Below, piece after piece: positions 12,294 to 27,030 of a stretch of 64,000 nucleotides of DNA. The stretch is from Takakia lepidozioides. Lineage: Eukaryota > Plantae > Bryophyta. The DNA lies in assembly GCA_030704615.1 (NCBI GenBank), contig CM060734.1:21018001-21082000 (forward strand). Reading direction: 5' to 3'. The stretch's first letter is position 1. Every line of letters starts with the position of its first letter. Position numbers and translations under genes: made by a program. The notes under the pieces are model-generated. The model did not search any database and had not been told where the DNA came from. It saw only the letters and a program-made list of their open reading frames with translations.

Positions 12294-15200
12294 GTGCCTG
12301 AAGATGATGAGGCTTGGAGAGATGAGAAGGAATTGCACAAGGAAGTGGCTGATACCATAAGGGAAATGCAGAAGAATATTGATATCCCTATGGCAGATTC
12401 TTCTGACACTCATAGAGAAGATGAAGAGGGTGAAGATGAAGTGAAGCAAGAAGCTGCACAAGTGCAGGGTAATGAAGGGACTTTGGCTGAAGTAGTATGC
12501 CAGTCCAAAGCTGAGATTACCATTGGACAGCTATTGGTTGTGGCACCTCATTGTAGGCACAGGTTGTATCAAGCAATCAATCAGATTGCTCATGTGACAG
12601 AGAACACAGACCTGAACTGCAAGGTGACAAGTTATAATGTGAAGCCTGAAGGGCGAGAAACAGTCATGGACTTTGATGATTCTATGCCAGTAATCCAGTT
12701 GAGAATTGGAAGCATAGACTTGACTGATGTACTGATAGATAGAGGCTCGGGAGTGAATATTATGACAGACCAATTAAGGCAGAAGCTTGGTCTAAGTAAC
12801 ATGAAACCAGCCCCATTCACAGTAACAATGGCAGATCAAAGGAGTGTACAACCATTAGGCTTGATAAGAGGAGTAAAGATACAGATTCAGAAGATGATCT
12901 TTAAGATCACAGTGACTGTGTTGAAAATGGATGATGTCATGGAAGCTTACTCCTTATTGCTAGGTCGACCATGGCTGAAACAGGCCAGGGTATTCCATGA
13001 CTGGAATTCCCAGTTACTGACTGTGCATGATGGGAAGCACAAGATACAGATCACCACTAAGAAATCTGGTAGGCTACCTGCTACACGGAGACCTCGTGGA
13101 GTCAGAGAGTATGACTGGAGGGGAGGGCTTGATGAGGAGCAGGAAGCTACTCTGTTTGCTACACACCCAGAGTGGGAGCAGGTTGCAGAAAATGCAACTG
13201 GGAGGCCTGAGTTGCTTAAAATGTATATGTTGTGGGGCAGTAACAACAACACCCATTGAGGGGGAAACAAGCAGTTACCCACCACATTTCTATGAAGAAA
13301 GAGAGAGAGAAATAGAAATCCTAGAGGAACCAGCCAATGTGAGTTTACAGGATGAAGTAGTGGTTGGATGGACAATCACAGCTGAAGAGTAGGTGAGAGA
13401 AGTGAATGTGGGAACTGAGGAGGAACCATGAATGGTGAAAGTTGGGGCTGACTTGGAGCCAAAATTCTTTGAGGAAGCTAAGAGCCTATTTATCAAATAC
13501 AAAGATGTATTTGCTTAGAGCTATGAAGATCTGAAAGGGATGCCACCTGAGATCTGCCAGCATAAGATTGAACTAGAACCAGGGTCAGTACCAATCAAAC
13601 AGGCAAGGTATAGGATGAATCCCAACTATGCACAAAAGGTTGGGGAGGAGATTAAGAAGTCGGCTGAGGCTAAGTTTATATACCCGATAGAGTATACAAC
13701 TTGGCTATCACCCATTGTGATAGCTCCCAAGACGAATGGCAAACTGAGAGTTTGTGTGAACTATAAGAAGTTGAATGATTGTACAAAGAAAGATCATTTT
13801 CCTTTGCCATTCACAGAAGCTGTACTGGACGCTGTGGCAGGCCATGAGATGTACTCATTCATGGATGGCTTCAGTGGGTATAACCAAGTACAAGTAGCTG
13901 AAGAAGACCAGGGAACGACTGCTTTCATCACAGACTGGGGTGCTTATGCATATAAAGTCATGCCTTTTGGACTTTGCAATGCACCAGCAACTTTCCAGAG
14001 AGTGATAAGTGAAAATTCCATGAGTATCTGGATGATTTCATGCAAGTGTTCTTAGATGACTTCAGTGTGTACAGCTCTAAGAATGAGCACTTGCAGAAGT
14101 TGGAATTATGTTTGGCCAGATGTAGGATGAGAGGTCTTGGTCTGAATCCAGAAAAATGTACTTTCTGTGTGAACTCAAGGGTACTTCTGGGACACATTAT
14201 GTGTAAGAAGGGACTGCTTGTGGATCCTAGAAAGACTGAGGCCATTAAAGCATCCCCACCACCAGTAAATATTAAGGCTCTAAGGAGATTCCTTGGACAA
14301 ACCAGCTATTACAGAAGGTTTGTCAGACGATATGCACAGAAGGCAGCACCATTGAGCAAACTCTTGAAGAAGGATGCAGTGTTTGCATGGACAGCTGGAT
14401 GTCAACAAGCTTTTGAGGAACTTACATTGTCAGTAACAACTACACCTGTACTGATTAACCCTCATTGGCATATGGTATTTCATGTACATTGTGATGCCTC
14501 AGGAGAAGCATTGGGGGCTGTATTAGCCCAAAATGTCACAGGAAACATAGATTCACCTGTGTACTATGCTAGCAGATTGTTGAACAGTACTGAGAGGAAC
14601 TATAGCACTACTGAAAGAGAAGCTTTGGCAATGATTTATGCAGTCAAGAAATTCAGGCATTATCTATTTGGAAGGAAGTTTATGTTTTATGTGGGTCATC
14701 AGACTTTGATTTATCTGGTGAATAAGCCTTTGATAAGTGGCAGGATAGCAAGATGGTTGATTATCTTGCACGAGTTTGGGAGTGCAGGGAGCAGACGATT
14801 GGTTAGATTGGCATTGGCCAATCAGATACTACCTTACTCATGGGCAATGCCCACCCAATTATGGGAAGGAGCAGAGGAAAAGAATAGCTATCAAGGCATT
14901 ACCATACACTATGATAGGTGGAAGATTGTATAAGCTAGGACTTGATGGAGTTCTTAAACGATGCTTGTACCACCATGAGGTAAATAAAGTTTTGGAAGAA
15001 GTTCATAAGGGAGTGGCTGGAGGTCACTTTGGAGAAGAGACTACCAGTAGGAAAATATTACTTGCAGGTTACTAGTGGCCTACTTTGTTCAAGGATGTAC
15101 ACAAGTATTGCAATAGTTGTGATGAGTGTCAGAGGCTAGGACCTTTGCAAAGATCTGGGAAGATGGCTTTGCATCCTACAATGCCTATTGAACCATTCCA

Positions 15201-16069
15201 GAAATGGGGATTAGACTTTGTTGGACCAATTAATCCACCAGCCAGAAATACACATAATAAGTATATAATCACAGCTACTAATTACAAAATGGATGGAAGC
15301 TAAGGCTCTGAGGGACAACACAGCTAAGTCCACAGCAAGGTTCCTATATGAGAATATTCTCCTGAAATTTGGCTGTCCTCTGGAATTTATCAGTGACCAG
15401 GGAAGTCATTTCATTAATGAGACCATTGAACTATTGACTAAGGAATTCATGATTGTGCATAGGAAGAGTACAACCTATTAACCACAGGGCAATGGCCAGG
15501 CAGAGGCCACCAACAAAATACTATGCACTATCTTGGCTAAGATAGTCAATGCGAACAGGACAGACTCGGATACAAAGCTGTTGACAGCTTCGTGGTCATA
15601 CAGGACTTCATATAAGGTCACCACCAAGTATACACCATTCCAATTAGTTTATGGCATGGAAGCTTTACTTCCAGTGGAGTTCTTATTACCTACCATGAGA
15701 ACTGAATGGGGGAGGAGAATGGAATTGGAGGATTCAATTAAAGTAAGGAAACATGAACTATATCATGTGGAAGGAGTACGTGCTGATGCAGCAGATAACA
15801 TGGCCAGAATTCAGATGAAGAGGAAGGATCAGTTTGATGAAGGTAAATTGAAGACTTTTAAGACAGGTGATTTGGTACTGTGGTTGCAGAAGAAGAAGAT
15901 TAAAGCTTATAAGCTTAAATCACCATGGAAAGGACCTTATGTCATACAGAAGATATATGATAACAACACAGCTATGTTACAAACCATTAACAAAGAGATG
16001 TTTGGTAGAGTCAATGTCAATAAGTTGAAGGGATATAGTGGTATCCATGATAGGCCATTGCATCCATGA
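12294..16069 (+). pseudogene. pol: F1 pol (protease-RT-RNase H-integrase)
   Basis: PR VLIDRGSGVNIM. RT KLRVCVNYKKLN, FMDGFSGYNQV, MPFGLCNAPATFQR, VFLDDF. RH HCDASG, ERNYSTTEREALA. INT HKGVAGGHF...[28 protein letters not shown]. Multiple stops and frameshifts, plus a deletion at ~14776. Confidence 0.95.
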
Positions 16070-19000
16070 TTTGCATCTTGAAACACAAATGCAGTCACAG
16101 ACTACACCAGTAGCACCAGCGGAGCATGAAGCACTTGTCATAAAGCCGAATGTGTATGGCCATAGCAGAGAACACAGGTGTTCACACAGCCATCACAGTC
16201 CACCACAGTCTAATACAGCATATCACAGCTTACCACAGTCACAGCCCACACAGGTCGCACAGTCCATAGGGGCAGTGACAGATGGACACGAGTTAACGTC
16301 AGTTAAGTGGCCGGTAAGTGTAAAGACAGTTTGGAAGTCAAACTCGGAGAATGCACTCCGCATTGCATGTACTGCAATAACGAGCGTCATCACACAAGAA
16401 GACAAACAGGGCCGTCAAAGACCTACCCGGTAACCTTTATACTTTAAATGATGCTGATGCATCTACTTTGGATAAATTTGTTTCCAACAAATAAAAAATT
16501 CATTACCCCGTAATTTGTTTTTAAATTTTCAGGTTAATATAGGGTGTCCAATATTTGTTACCTGCTATAAAATATAAATAATATAGCCTACAAGAAAATA
16601 TGTCATATTACAAAATTATGTAATAATAGGGTGGCCAAAATTTCAGAAAATAAAATTAATACCCCCATAGAAAATGCCTATTTGCCTCACGTGCCTAGGA
16701 AACTAGATAGGGAGTGACCTCCCTGAGCCCAGAAACAAGAAATCATGAGATGTCACTATTGCAAGAAAGAGGGACATTGGAAACATGAATGCCAGTTGTG
16801 AATTAAGCATGTGACAGAATTGGGAAATATGGAAGCCGGACCAAGTGTAGCCGTGAGTGTGGTAACTCCTATAGTGGATACCCTTGCGGTAACCCGAACT
16901 CAGACCAAGAAACAGAAACCTCCAGATAAGGAGATTGAAGAAGAATGAAAACAATATTCGGAAAGTGCAGCATGGCAGGAAGAAAAGAGCTTACACCAGG
17001 AGGTAAGCAAAGCCATAGCTCAAATGCAAGAAGGAACCCATATACCCTCTGGAGAGCCAACTCCATATAATCAAATCAAACCAACGATGAAGACCACGAA
17101 TGCAACCACGGAAACAGAATTGGTTGAAGTAATCTGCCAGACCAAGACCCAAATTACCATTGGACAATTATTAAAAATTGATCCACACTGCAAGAAAACT
17201 TTATTTCGGACAATTGAGGCATTGACCCCCACACCAAAACAAAAACCAACACCAGAGGTTTACACGATTAAACCCACAACTATACAACAAACTCCAGACT
17301 ACGACGAAGCAATACCAGTAATACAAGTACGTATTGGACGGAAGCTGGTAACGGATGTACTCATCGATGGAGGATCCGGAGTGAATATCATGACAGAGAG
17401 GATGAAGAAGTCACTAGGATTGGGGCACATGGAACCTGCTCCATTCACGGTACGAATGGCCGATCAACGAAAAGTGCAGCCACTGGGTATCATCAGACGA
17501 CTTGCAATGGAAGTAGCAGGACTGGTATACAAAGTATCAGTAACCATTCTCAAAATGGAGAATGTGGCAAAAGGATATTCGCTACTACTTTGGCCGACCA
17601 TGGTTAACACAAGCCCAATCACACCACGATTGGGGAAATCAGAGTCCAAACTCTCACGATCAAAAAGGGATCAGAACAAGTCACTATCACTACGAAGCAA
17701 CGAGGTACCATTCCACGAGAGAAACAACCTTGCATAGTGGAAGAGTATGATTGGTCCAGTGGACTGTCGGATGAAGAAGGAGCCACAGTATATGCAGCAC
17801 ATCCACAGTTGGAACCTATTGGGCAATTAGTGGTCAAACATACCACAGCAGTAGGATGTCACATGGTGAACACCCAAGGAGAACCGAATATTCCGACAAC
17901 GGAAGATCCTGAGGAAGAAGCTATGGACACACCTCAACACTTTGCCCGTTTTTATCAAGAAAGAGAAGAGGACATTAAAATCAGTGAAGTACCTGCCACG
18001 ATTGCAACCATCGGACAAGAGATTGCAGGATGGACAGTAACGGTGAATCTAGGAACAGTGGAAGAACCACAGATAATACGAGTAAGTGCAGGTCTTGAAG
18101 AATCATTTCTATAAGAAGCCACTGCATTATTCACTGAATACAAGGATGTATTTGCCTGGAACTACAAAGATTTGAAGGGTATATCTTCCAACATCTTTCA
18201 ACACCGAATCGAATTGGAAGTTGACACAAAACCAATTCGTCAGAACCGTTACAGAATGAACCCCAACTATGCAGCTAAAGTTTGGGAAGAAATCAAGAAA
18301 TTACTGGATGCAGAATTCATATACCCAGTAAAGACACCACAATGGTTATCACCCATTGTGATGGTATCCAAGAATAATGGAAAATTACGAGTATGTGTGG
18401 ACTATCGCAAGTTAAACGCAGGAACCAAGAAAGACCCTTTTCCACTACATTTTACAGAAATAGTATTGGACACAGTGGCAAGACATGAGATGTACTCTTT
18501 CATGGATGGGTTGAGTGGGTACAACCAGGTGCAGATGGCAAAAGAAGACCGAGAAAAGACCGCATTCATCACGGGATGGGGAACCTATGCTTACAAAGTC
18601 ATGTCATTTGGACTTTGCAACGCACCAGCCACGTTTTAGAGAGCAGTATCTAAGATATTCAGGAATTATCTCAACGATTTTATGCAGGTATTTTTGGATG
18701 ATTTCAGTGTCTTCGGATAGAAATCCAAACACTTGGCACAGTTAAAACTTTGCCTACAAGCCTGCAGAAACAATGGGGTAGGTCTCAATCCGGAAAAATG
18801 TACATTTTGTGTGAATTGGATTATTGTTGGGACACATTGTGTGCCAACAAGGAATTCTGGTGGATCCAAAGAAAGTGGAGGTTATCCAGAAAATACCACA
18901 ACCAGAAAATCCCAAGAAACTCAAGAGATTTCTGGGACAGACAAGCTATTACAGAAGGTACATGGACAAATATGCTCACAGAGCGGCACCAGTCTATAGA

Positions 19001-19635
19001 CTGCTGAAGCAAGATGCCGAATACCGATGGTCTCCAGCTTGCTAGGAATCATTTGATTCACTAAAAAGGGCACTCACAGCAGCACCAATTCTAATAAATC
19101 CAAGATGGGACCTACCATTTCATGTACACAGTGATGCATCAGGCATTGCTTTGGGGGCAGTTCTAGCTCAGAATGTGACGGGCACAATAGATTCACCAAT
19201 CTATTATGCAAGCAGATTGCTGACAGCAGCTGAGAAGAACTATAGCACCACGGAAAAGGAAGCATTGGCAATGATTTATGTTGTTCAAAAGTTTCGGCAT
19301 TATTTACTTGGCAATCGCTTAAGTTTATTGTTGATCATCAGGCTCTAGTTCATTTAGCAAATTGACCACTAGCTAGTGGCAGGGTTGCTCGATGGCCTAG
19401 TTGCAAATTTGGACGTGACGTGGCGTTGACGAGTCAGCGTCACGTCCGACGTAAGCTACGGACGTGCGTCACGTCACGTCCTAAACCGACGTTACTGTAC
19501 ATAAATATGTTTATTTTTTTACTTTACTATTGACTATTTACTATGAGAACCGACGTGGCAACCGTTGTGGCCTCATTACGTGGACTTCATTAATTATTTG
19601 TAAAATTCATATATTATGATTTATATTGTCAATCA

Positions 19636-20010
19636 TGCGACCATCAGCAAAGGTTGGTCGGACAATTTTTTTTTTTTTTTTTTTTAAAGGTGCGACCACC
19701 AGAAGGGGGTGGTCGCACATTTTTTCTTATTTTTTAAATGGGTGCGACCACCAGCAGGTGGTGGTCGCACATTTTTTCTTTTTTTCAAATTGGGTGCGAC
19801 CACCAGCAGGTGGTGGTCGCAACTTTTTCATTTTTTTTAAATAGGTGCGACCACCAGCAGGGGATGGTCGCACATTTTTAATTATTTTTTAAATGGGTGC
19901 GACCACCAGCAGGGGATGGTCGCACGTTTTTTAATTATTTTTAAATGGGTGCGACCACCAGCCGGTGGTGGTCGCAGACTTTTTCTTTTTTGTTATTAGG
20001 TGCGACCGCT
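19636..20010. repeat. Left array of the palindrome TGCGACCACC-N7/8-GGTGGTCGCA (~7 copies, ~52-bp period, T-rich spacers)
   Basis: Read directly from the sequence. Confidence 0.92.
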
Positions 20011-20368
20011 CCCTGGACACGTGGCGAGGCGTGAATGGGCAGCAAAGGCGGTCGCGCGCCAGGCCTTTCTAGGCAGTATTTAAGGGCCTACCCCTCAGTC
20101 CCAACCCACTTTTTCCCTCTCTGTGAATGCGGTTCTGGGGCTTCTTGGAGTTTGAACTTCGGTGGCCAGCACTGAGCGTGGGGGGGGGGGGGCAAGTGGA
20201 TTTGTGTGGGGGAGGAGTTTTTGTTTTTTTCCTAGGACTGCGGGAGAGTTTGCTTTGGGTACTATACCAATAGAGGGTGAGGAAATTGGTCTGCTAGTAT
20301 AGGTTATCAATAGTCTGGGTTTAGTTTTCCGTTACGAAGCCGCGTCTATTCCGCAGAGTACTTTCATC

Positions 20369-21857
20369 ATGTCCGGAAACGTTGCTTCGAACTCAGTGTC
20401 AGGGGGTTCCTCGGGAAGTGGGCGTAAAGGTAGGAAGCGTAAACATGCACATGAACGGGATAGTCAGGTCAACAAAAAGGACTATCCAAGCGCAGAGGCC
20501 GCGAAGGTGGTGAAGCAAGTAGTGCTGGATTATTTGAAGGACAATGACGTAATGCGTTTGAATCTTTTGTATGTCTGACATGGGAATGAGGGGTTCCTTA
20601 GATTCCAGCACAATATGGAGATGAGAATAAGGGAGGCTTTGGCCGGGGATGAATGGGAGGAGGACAGGGAGAAGTTCCAGTTCACGAAATGGATGGAGGA
20701 CCGGCCCATGATGTCACATGGACAAGTTTGTTACGAGAACACCTGTAGCTGAAGGTCGCATGCCAACTTTGGAGGAGGAGTTGTTTGTGCTTGTGGATTG
20801 GTGGTCTGACATGGCAAAGGCCCACGCCAAACGACATACGAAACCACTCCCATGGAAGGCAGGGTCCTCGTCCGCTGATGCGGCATTGAACGTGAGATAC
20901 ATAGCCACAAATGCACAGGTACAACAACTTGACGCGCCCAAACAAGGAGGGTATGGTACAATTCGGAGGGTTAGAATTGTTGGGGATCAATTCATTCCTC
21001 CATCTTGGGAACTAGCAGGGAAAACGCCCAGGGAAACAAATGTTGAGCTTGCCAAAGTCCAACATAACAATGAGGCATTGGCTGTAAAGTTTCATCATTT
21101 CGGCATCATAAAGTATTTTGCGTTGCATCCACGTCGAAATGAAGGTTACACACATTGGTGGAATGGGGGGACCATACGATCATGGTTGAGTATTGACAGG
21201 AAATGGGGGAATGATCGGGATAACAGGGAGTTAATAGAACGACGGGGGACGGAGCAGGAAATGCAGGAGGTCAACCGACTGGTTCGATTCCGACAGAATC
21301 GCACCCAATTGGCATGGGCGCTTTTGCACATCATGCTCAACGTACATAATCACCACCTCTTGCACAACGACATGTCCCCCGACAACATCTTGTTGCATTT
21401 TCCACAAGGGTCTGAAGATGTGTACATCGAGGTATGCGATTGGGGGATGGCCTCCACGACGGATGACCCAAAAACCACGTTGTACATTTTCGAGAGCAGA
21501 GACAAGATGATAAAGACTCTCGCACATAGATGATGGATTGCACCTGAAATTGCAATTGTTCATAATGTAGCCAACAACCAGTCAGATGGCACACCTCGTA
21601 GGCCCCCTCTAACCGTGCCATCAGAGACCTTTGCAATTGGGAAGATAGCCCAGGCAATAAATGGGGGTAACACGTTCGATGCAAGCCTGTTCAACGATAT
21701 GTCTATTGGAACCTGTTTTGCTTCCGCTCTGGAAAACTTGTGTGTAGACACAGTAGAGTTGTGGTACAAACTAGAAAATATTGTGAAGCGTTTCATGACG
21801 GGGCTATTCAATTGGCCTGAGCCCAAAAATTGCTGGAAGATGGATAGAAACTTGTAG
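20369..21857 (+). pseudogene. Protein kinase-like cargo gene, intronless, with an N-terminal NLS-like RKGRKRK
   Basis: Gly loop KQGGYGTIRRV, beta-3 LAGK, alphaC NEA, catalytic loop LHNDMSPDNILL, CDWGMA (DFG equivalent) and R*WIAPE. Stops at 20576-20578 and 21531-21533; frameshift at ~20716. Confidence 0.88.
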
Positions 21858-22019
21858 AGTTCTGACTGTACATCATGTTTGAATAAATGTTGTTTTCAAT
21901 TGTGTTTGTCTCGTACCATAATGTTTTAATGGTTTATTACTTGGCCATGGCACCTGGGTCCATCATATGGTATAATCAAGCACAACACCTATGAATCTTG
22001 AAGAGTGACAGTGTACACC

Positions 22020-23790
22020 GGGTCAATGGGTGAACCAATCGTTCCCCTGCCAAATGATTTTAGATTGATTTGAAACTTTGGGAGTGTCTTGTACATGTCT
22101 TCTTTAAGTTACCGGACAAGTATGAGGTCAATCTAAAATAGTTCTAAGGGTGAACCAATAGTTCCCCTATTAAATGATTCGTGATTGAAAATTGGTTGAA
22201 AGGTTTAACGAGTCGTTCGGGGGACAAATGATTATTTCTTCGCTTGCAACTTTGTGGACGTGATTTGTACATACTTAAGCACGTATGGACCAAAGTTGAA
22301 CTTCAACAAAGTTGTTTGAATGGGTTATTCAAATTCATAAGGAGAAACAACCTTTTGCCTGCACATGAATTGTTTTTAATTCCATTCTGAAGCCATATGC
22401 TTGATAACAACATGAAGAGTTGCATGCAAAATATCACCATGAACAGACATCGTCTGCATCCAAAACACATTTTATTCCCTCATAAGGCAATCCTCCTGCG
22501 ACATAATGAAGTCTGGTTGTGGTAACCCCTCCAACATGATATCAAGGACGGGCTTGAGGTTCCTTAGCTCCATGCAGCTCCAACCAAGGTGAAGTTATCT
22601 TCAACTTCATGCACTCTTCATAGAGAGTTCTGCAATAGTGAGCATAGAGCAAAGGATGAACGTTTTTTTCCAAACATTTTTCTTTGGTACATTTTTTGGC
22701 AAAGATGTGGTGGTGTGAGGGTTCAACTCACAGAACAAAATCAAGCCAAAAACAAAATCATTGCGTCCCACACTCATTGCGCCCCACAATCCTATGCCCT
22801 CTAAATCATTTTATTTAGTAAAAATCCAGTTCAATTTAAAATTGGATGAAATGGTGAACGGAAACTTCCCCGATGAAATGATATTTTATTGCTCCGAAAC
22901 TTTGCAAGTGTCTTCTACATGCCCTCTTACAGGTCTTTCACAAGTTTCAAGTCAATCTAAGATAGTTGAAAGGGTGAATCAATCATGAACATATCAAATG
23001 ATTTTGGAGTGCTTTAAAGCTTTGCAAGTGTCTTTCACATGCCATTTTAAAGGTACCGGACAAGTATGAGGTCACTAAAATATGGTTGAAATGGTGAACC
23101 AATTGTTCCCCTATCAAATGATTTTACATTGCTTTGAAGCTTTGCAAGTGTCAGCCACATGCCCTCCTACAAGTACTGGACAAGTATCACGTGAATAAAA
23201 AATGGTTGAAAGGGTGAACCAATCATTCCGCTATCAAATGATTTTATATTGTTTTGGATGTCATTGCTTTGGTAATTCTAGCCCCCCAATGGCCCATTGT
23301 AACCCTTGAATTACAATTCAAAATGCAATTCAAGCCCTTCAAATTGGTAATGCCAGTCCCTAAAATGACCAATCCCGGCCGCCCCTCAAATTGTAATTTG
23401 AGCCATTGAAATTGTCAATTCCAACCCCTCAAATTGCACTTCTAGCCCCTGAAATGGCAATTCCCGCCCCTCAAATTGCAACTGTAGCTTGTGAAATGGC
23501 AATTGCTAGTGCAGCCCCTAAAATTGGCAATTGAAGCCCCTGGAATGGCAGTTTCAGCCCCTCAAATTGCAAGTCCAGCCCCTGAAATTGGCAATTCGAG
23601 CTCCATAAATGGCAATTTCAGCCCCTAAAATTGGCTATGGGTGAACCAATCATTCCCCTGCCAAATGATTTTGGACTCATTTGAAACTTTGCGAATGTCT
23701 TGTACATGTCCTCTTAAAGTTACTGAACAAGTATGATGTCAATGTTAAATGGTTCAAAGGGTGAACCAACAGTTCCCATGTTGGATGATT
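22020..23790 (+). repeat. Degenerate ~120-bp tandem repeats (GGTGAACCAAT...AAATGATTT...ACATG...CAAGTATGAG); more copies at 27047-27420
   Basis: The motif recurs at ~119-120-bp spacing (for example 22973, 23093, 23213). Confidence 0.7.
23300..23636 (+). repeat. ~21-22-bp minisatellite, consensus GCCCCTGAAATTGGCAATTCCA
   Basis: About 14 degenerate tandem units. Confidence 0.8.
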
Positions 23791-23808
23791 CATGATTAAT
23801 CGTTAATG

Positions 23809-26800
23809 ATTGATCTCATATTACACTGGGACCTATCAGAGGGTACATTGAACACACTAGCCAAGTCTCAAAGCGAACGAAAATCATTTGGATGGGCAAC
23901 CATCCGTCGCCCCATTGAACAAATTTCGGTTGATCTCATATTACTCTGGGGCCTCTTCCATGGTACATTGAACATACTGGCCAAGTCTCAAAGCGAACCA
24001 AAATCATCTCGATGGCCAATCATCCGTTGAGCCATTGAATGAGTTTCGATTGATCTGATATTAGTCCGGGACCTGTGAGAGGATGTCTTGAACGTACTGG
24101 CAAAGTTTGGAAGCAAACAAAAATGATTTGGCTGGGCAACCATCCGTTCACCCGTTGAATGTATTCCGCTGGATCTGTTATTGTTTTGGGACCTGTTGGA
24201 CTGTGTTTCGCGTGCTCACGATTTTTTTTTCATTTTGTTTTTTAATGGGGCCTGTAATGTAGCCATATGAACATGCGTGCCAAATTTGGGAGTGAACATA
24301 ATTCATTTGGACCCAAAACCACAGTTTTCTTCCCTGTTTTGCATTCCAAACTTGATTTGTGTTCAACTTCATGCACTCTTCATAGAGAGTTCTACAATAG
24401 TGAACGAAGAGAATACTTTTTTTGGGGGGCATTTTTGATTGGTCCAAATTTTGGCGGGGGAGTAGTGGTGGGATGCTGGAAGCCGCAGAACAAAATTGAG
24501 CCAAAAATAAAATCGATACGTGCCAGAAACCCCCAATGAAAGGTAGTGCAAACCTCTATATTGGCTTAAAATAAATTTAAATTCAATTAAATTGTGGAAT
24601 AGCTTGAGGGATGAACGCGTCGATGGGGAGGCAAATGATTTATTCGTCTAATGTGTCTCCACACATGCTCCAGCACATGGGGGAAAAAGAGGGGCTTCAA
24701 CCACATCCGTTCAATAAGTGCAATAGTTGTGCACGCATTGCAGGATTTTTTTTTCGCATTGATAAAAAACCAGATGACAAATGAACGCCTCATTGGACAA
24801 TTGAACGAATTTTGATTGATCTCGTATTACACTGGGACGTATCAGAGGGTACATTGAACACACTGGCCAAGTTTCAAAGCAAACAAAAATCATTTGGATG
24901 GGCAACCATCCGTTGGCCCATTGAACGAATTTCGATTGATCTCATATTACTCTGGGGCCTCTTACATAGCACATTGAACATACTAGCCAAGTCTCAAAGC
25001 GAACCAAAATCATTTCGATGGCCAACCATCCGTTGAGCCATCGAATGAATTTCGATTGATCTGATATTAGTCCGGGACCTGTGAGAGGGTGTCTCGAACG
25101 TACTAGCAAAGTTTGGAAGCAAACAAAAATGATTTGGATGGGCAACCATCCGTTCACCCGTTGAATGTATTCCGCTGGATCTGCTATTGCTTTGGGACCT
25201 GTTGGACTGCGTTTCGCGTGCTCATGTTTTTTTTTTCATTCCGTTTTTGAATGGGGCATGTAATGTAGCCGTATGCAACGTGCGTGCCAAATTTGGGAGC
25301 AAACATAATTCATTTGGACCCAAAACCACAGTTTCTTCCCTGTTTTGCACTCCAAACTTGATTTGTGTTCAACTTCATATACTCTTCATAGAAAGTTCTG
25401 CAATAGTGAGCAAAGAGAACACTTTTTTTTTGGGGCATTTTTGATTGGTCCAAATTTTGGCGGGGGAGTCGTGGTGGGATGCTGGAAGCCGCAGAACAAA
25501 ATTGAGCCAAAAACAAAATCGATACGTGCCAGAAACCCCCAATGAAAGGTAGTGCAAACCTATTTATTGGCTTGAAATGAATTTAAATTCAATTAAATTG
25601 TGGAATAGCTTGAGGGGTGAACGCGTCGATGGGGAGACAAATGATTTATTCGTCTAATGTGTCTCCACACATGCTCCAGCACATGGGGGCAAAAGAGGGG
25701 CTTCAACCACATCCGTTCATTGGGTGCAATAGCTGTGCACGCATTGCAGGATTTTTTTTTCGCATTGCTCAAAAACCAGATGACAAATGAACGCCTCATT
25801 GGACAATTGAACGAATTTCGATTGATCTCGTATTACACTGGGACGTATCAAAAGGTACATTGAACACACTGGCCAAGTTTCAAAGCGAACGAAAATCATT
25901 TGGATGGGCAACCATCCGTTGGCCCATTGAACGAATTTCGATTGATCTCATATTACTCTGGGGCCTCTTACATGGCACATTGAACATAGTGGCCAAGTCT
26001 CAAAGCGAACCAAAATCATTTCGATGGCCAACCATCCGTTGAGCCATCGAATGAATTTCGATTGATCTGATATTAGTCCGAGACCTGTGAGAGGGTGTCT
26101 CGAACGTACTGGCAAAGTTTGGATGGATGGGCAACCATCCGCTCACCCCTTGAATGTATTCTGTTGGATCTGCTATTACTTTGGGACCTGTTGGACTGCG
26201 TTTCGCGTGCTCATGTTTTTTTTTTCATTCCATTTTTTAATGGGGCATGTAATGACTCCAGATGCAAAGTGTGTGCCAAATTTGGGAGCGAACATAATTC
26301 ATTTGGACCCAAAACCACAGTTTCTTGCCCGTTTTGCACTCCAAACTTGATTGGTGCTCTACTTTATGCACTCTTCATAAAGAGTTCTGCAATAGTGAGC
26401 GAAGAGAACTATTTTTTTTTGGGGCATTTTTGATTGGTCCAAATTTTGGCGGGAGTAGCAGTGGGATGCTCGAGGCCGCAAAACAAAATTGAGCCAAAAA
26501 AAAAAATTGATACGTGCCAGAAACCCCCAATGAAAGGCAGTGCAAACCTATTTATTGGCTTAAAATTAATTTAAATTCAATTACATTATGGAATGGCTTG
26601 GTGTCGATGGGGAGACAAATGATTTATTCGTCTTTTGTGTCTCCGCACATGTGTCGCACACATGTTCAAGCACATGCGGGCAAAAGAGGGGCTTCAACCA
26701 CATCCGTTCAATGGGTGCAATAGCCGTGCACGCATTGCAGGATTTCTTTTTCGCAATGAACAAAAACCAGATGACAACTAAACGCCTCATTGGCCCATCA

Positions 26801-27030
26801 AACAAATTTCAATTGATCTCATATTACACTGGGACCTATCAGAGGGTACATTGAACACACTGGCCAAGTCTCAAAGCGAACGGAAATCATTTGGATGGGC
26901 AACCATCCGTTGGCCCATTGAACGAATTTCGATTGATCTCATATTACTCTGGGGCATCTTCCATGGTACATTGAATATACTGGCCAAGTCTCAAAGCGAA
27001 CCAAAATTTATTTGTCTGTTCATTTATTTG
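23809..27030 (+). repeat. ~1006-bp tandem repeat, about 3.2 copies, each with ~120-bp subrepeats; flanked by a 16-bp direct repeat
   Basis: Units start near 23810, 24816, 25822 and 26813. Paralogous spurious ORFs are offset by 1006 bp. TGATTAATCGTTAATG occurs at 23793-23808 and 27031-27046. Confidence 0.92.

Larger units (their letters stand above)
8613..16431 (+). mobile_element. Ty3/gypsy non-chromovirus (Phygy/Selgy-like), family F1 copy A; 3'-truncated with no 3' LTR
   Basis: Order is 5' LTR, PBS, extra ORF, gag, PR, RT, RH, INT. Homology to the minus-strand copy (48400 region) stops at ~16431. Confidence 0.93.

Noticed and set aside
19385-19395. 11-bp TSD TTGCTCGATGG, which would suggest a Mutator-type element
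   Set aside because: The TTG on the right is better explained as the end of the TIR (reverse complement CAAGGTTGCA). That leaves an 8-bp TSD, which matches the hAT transposase.
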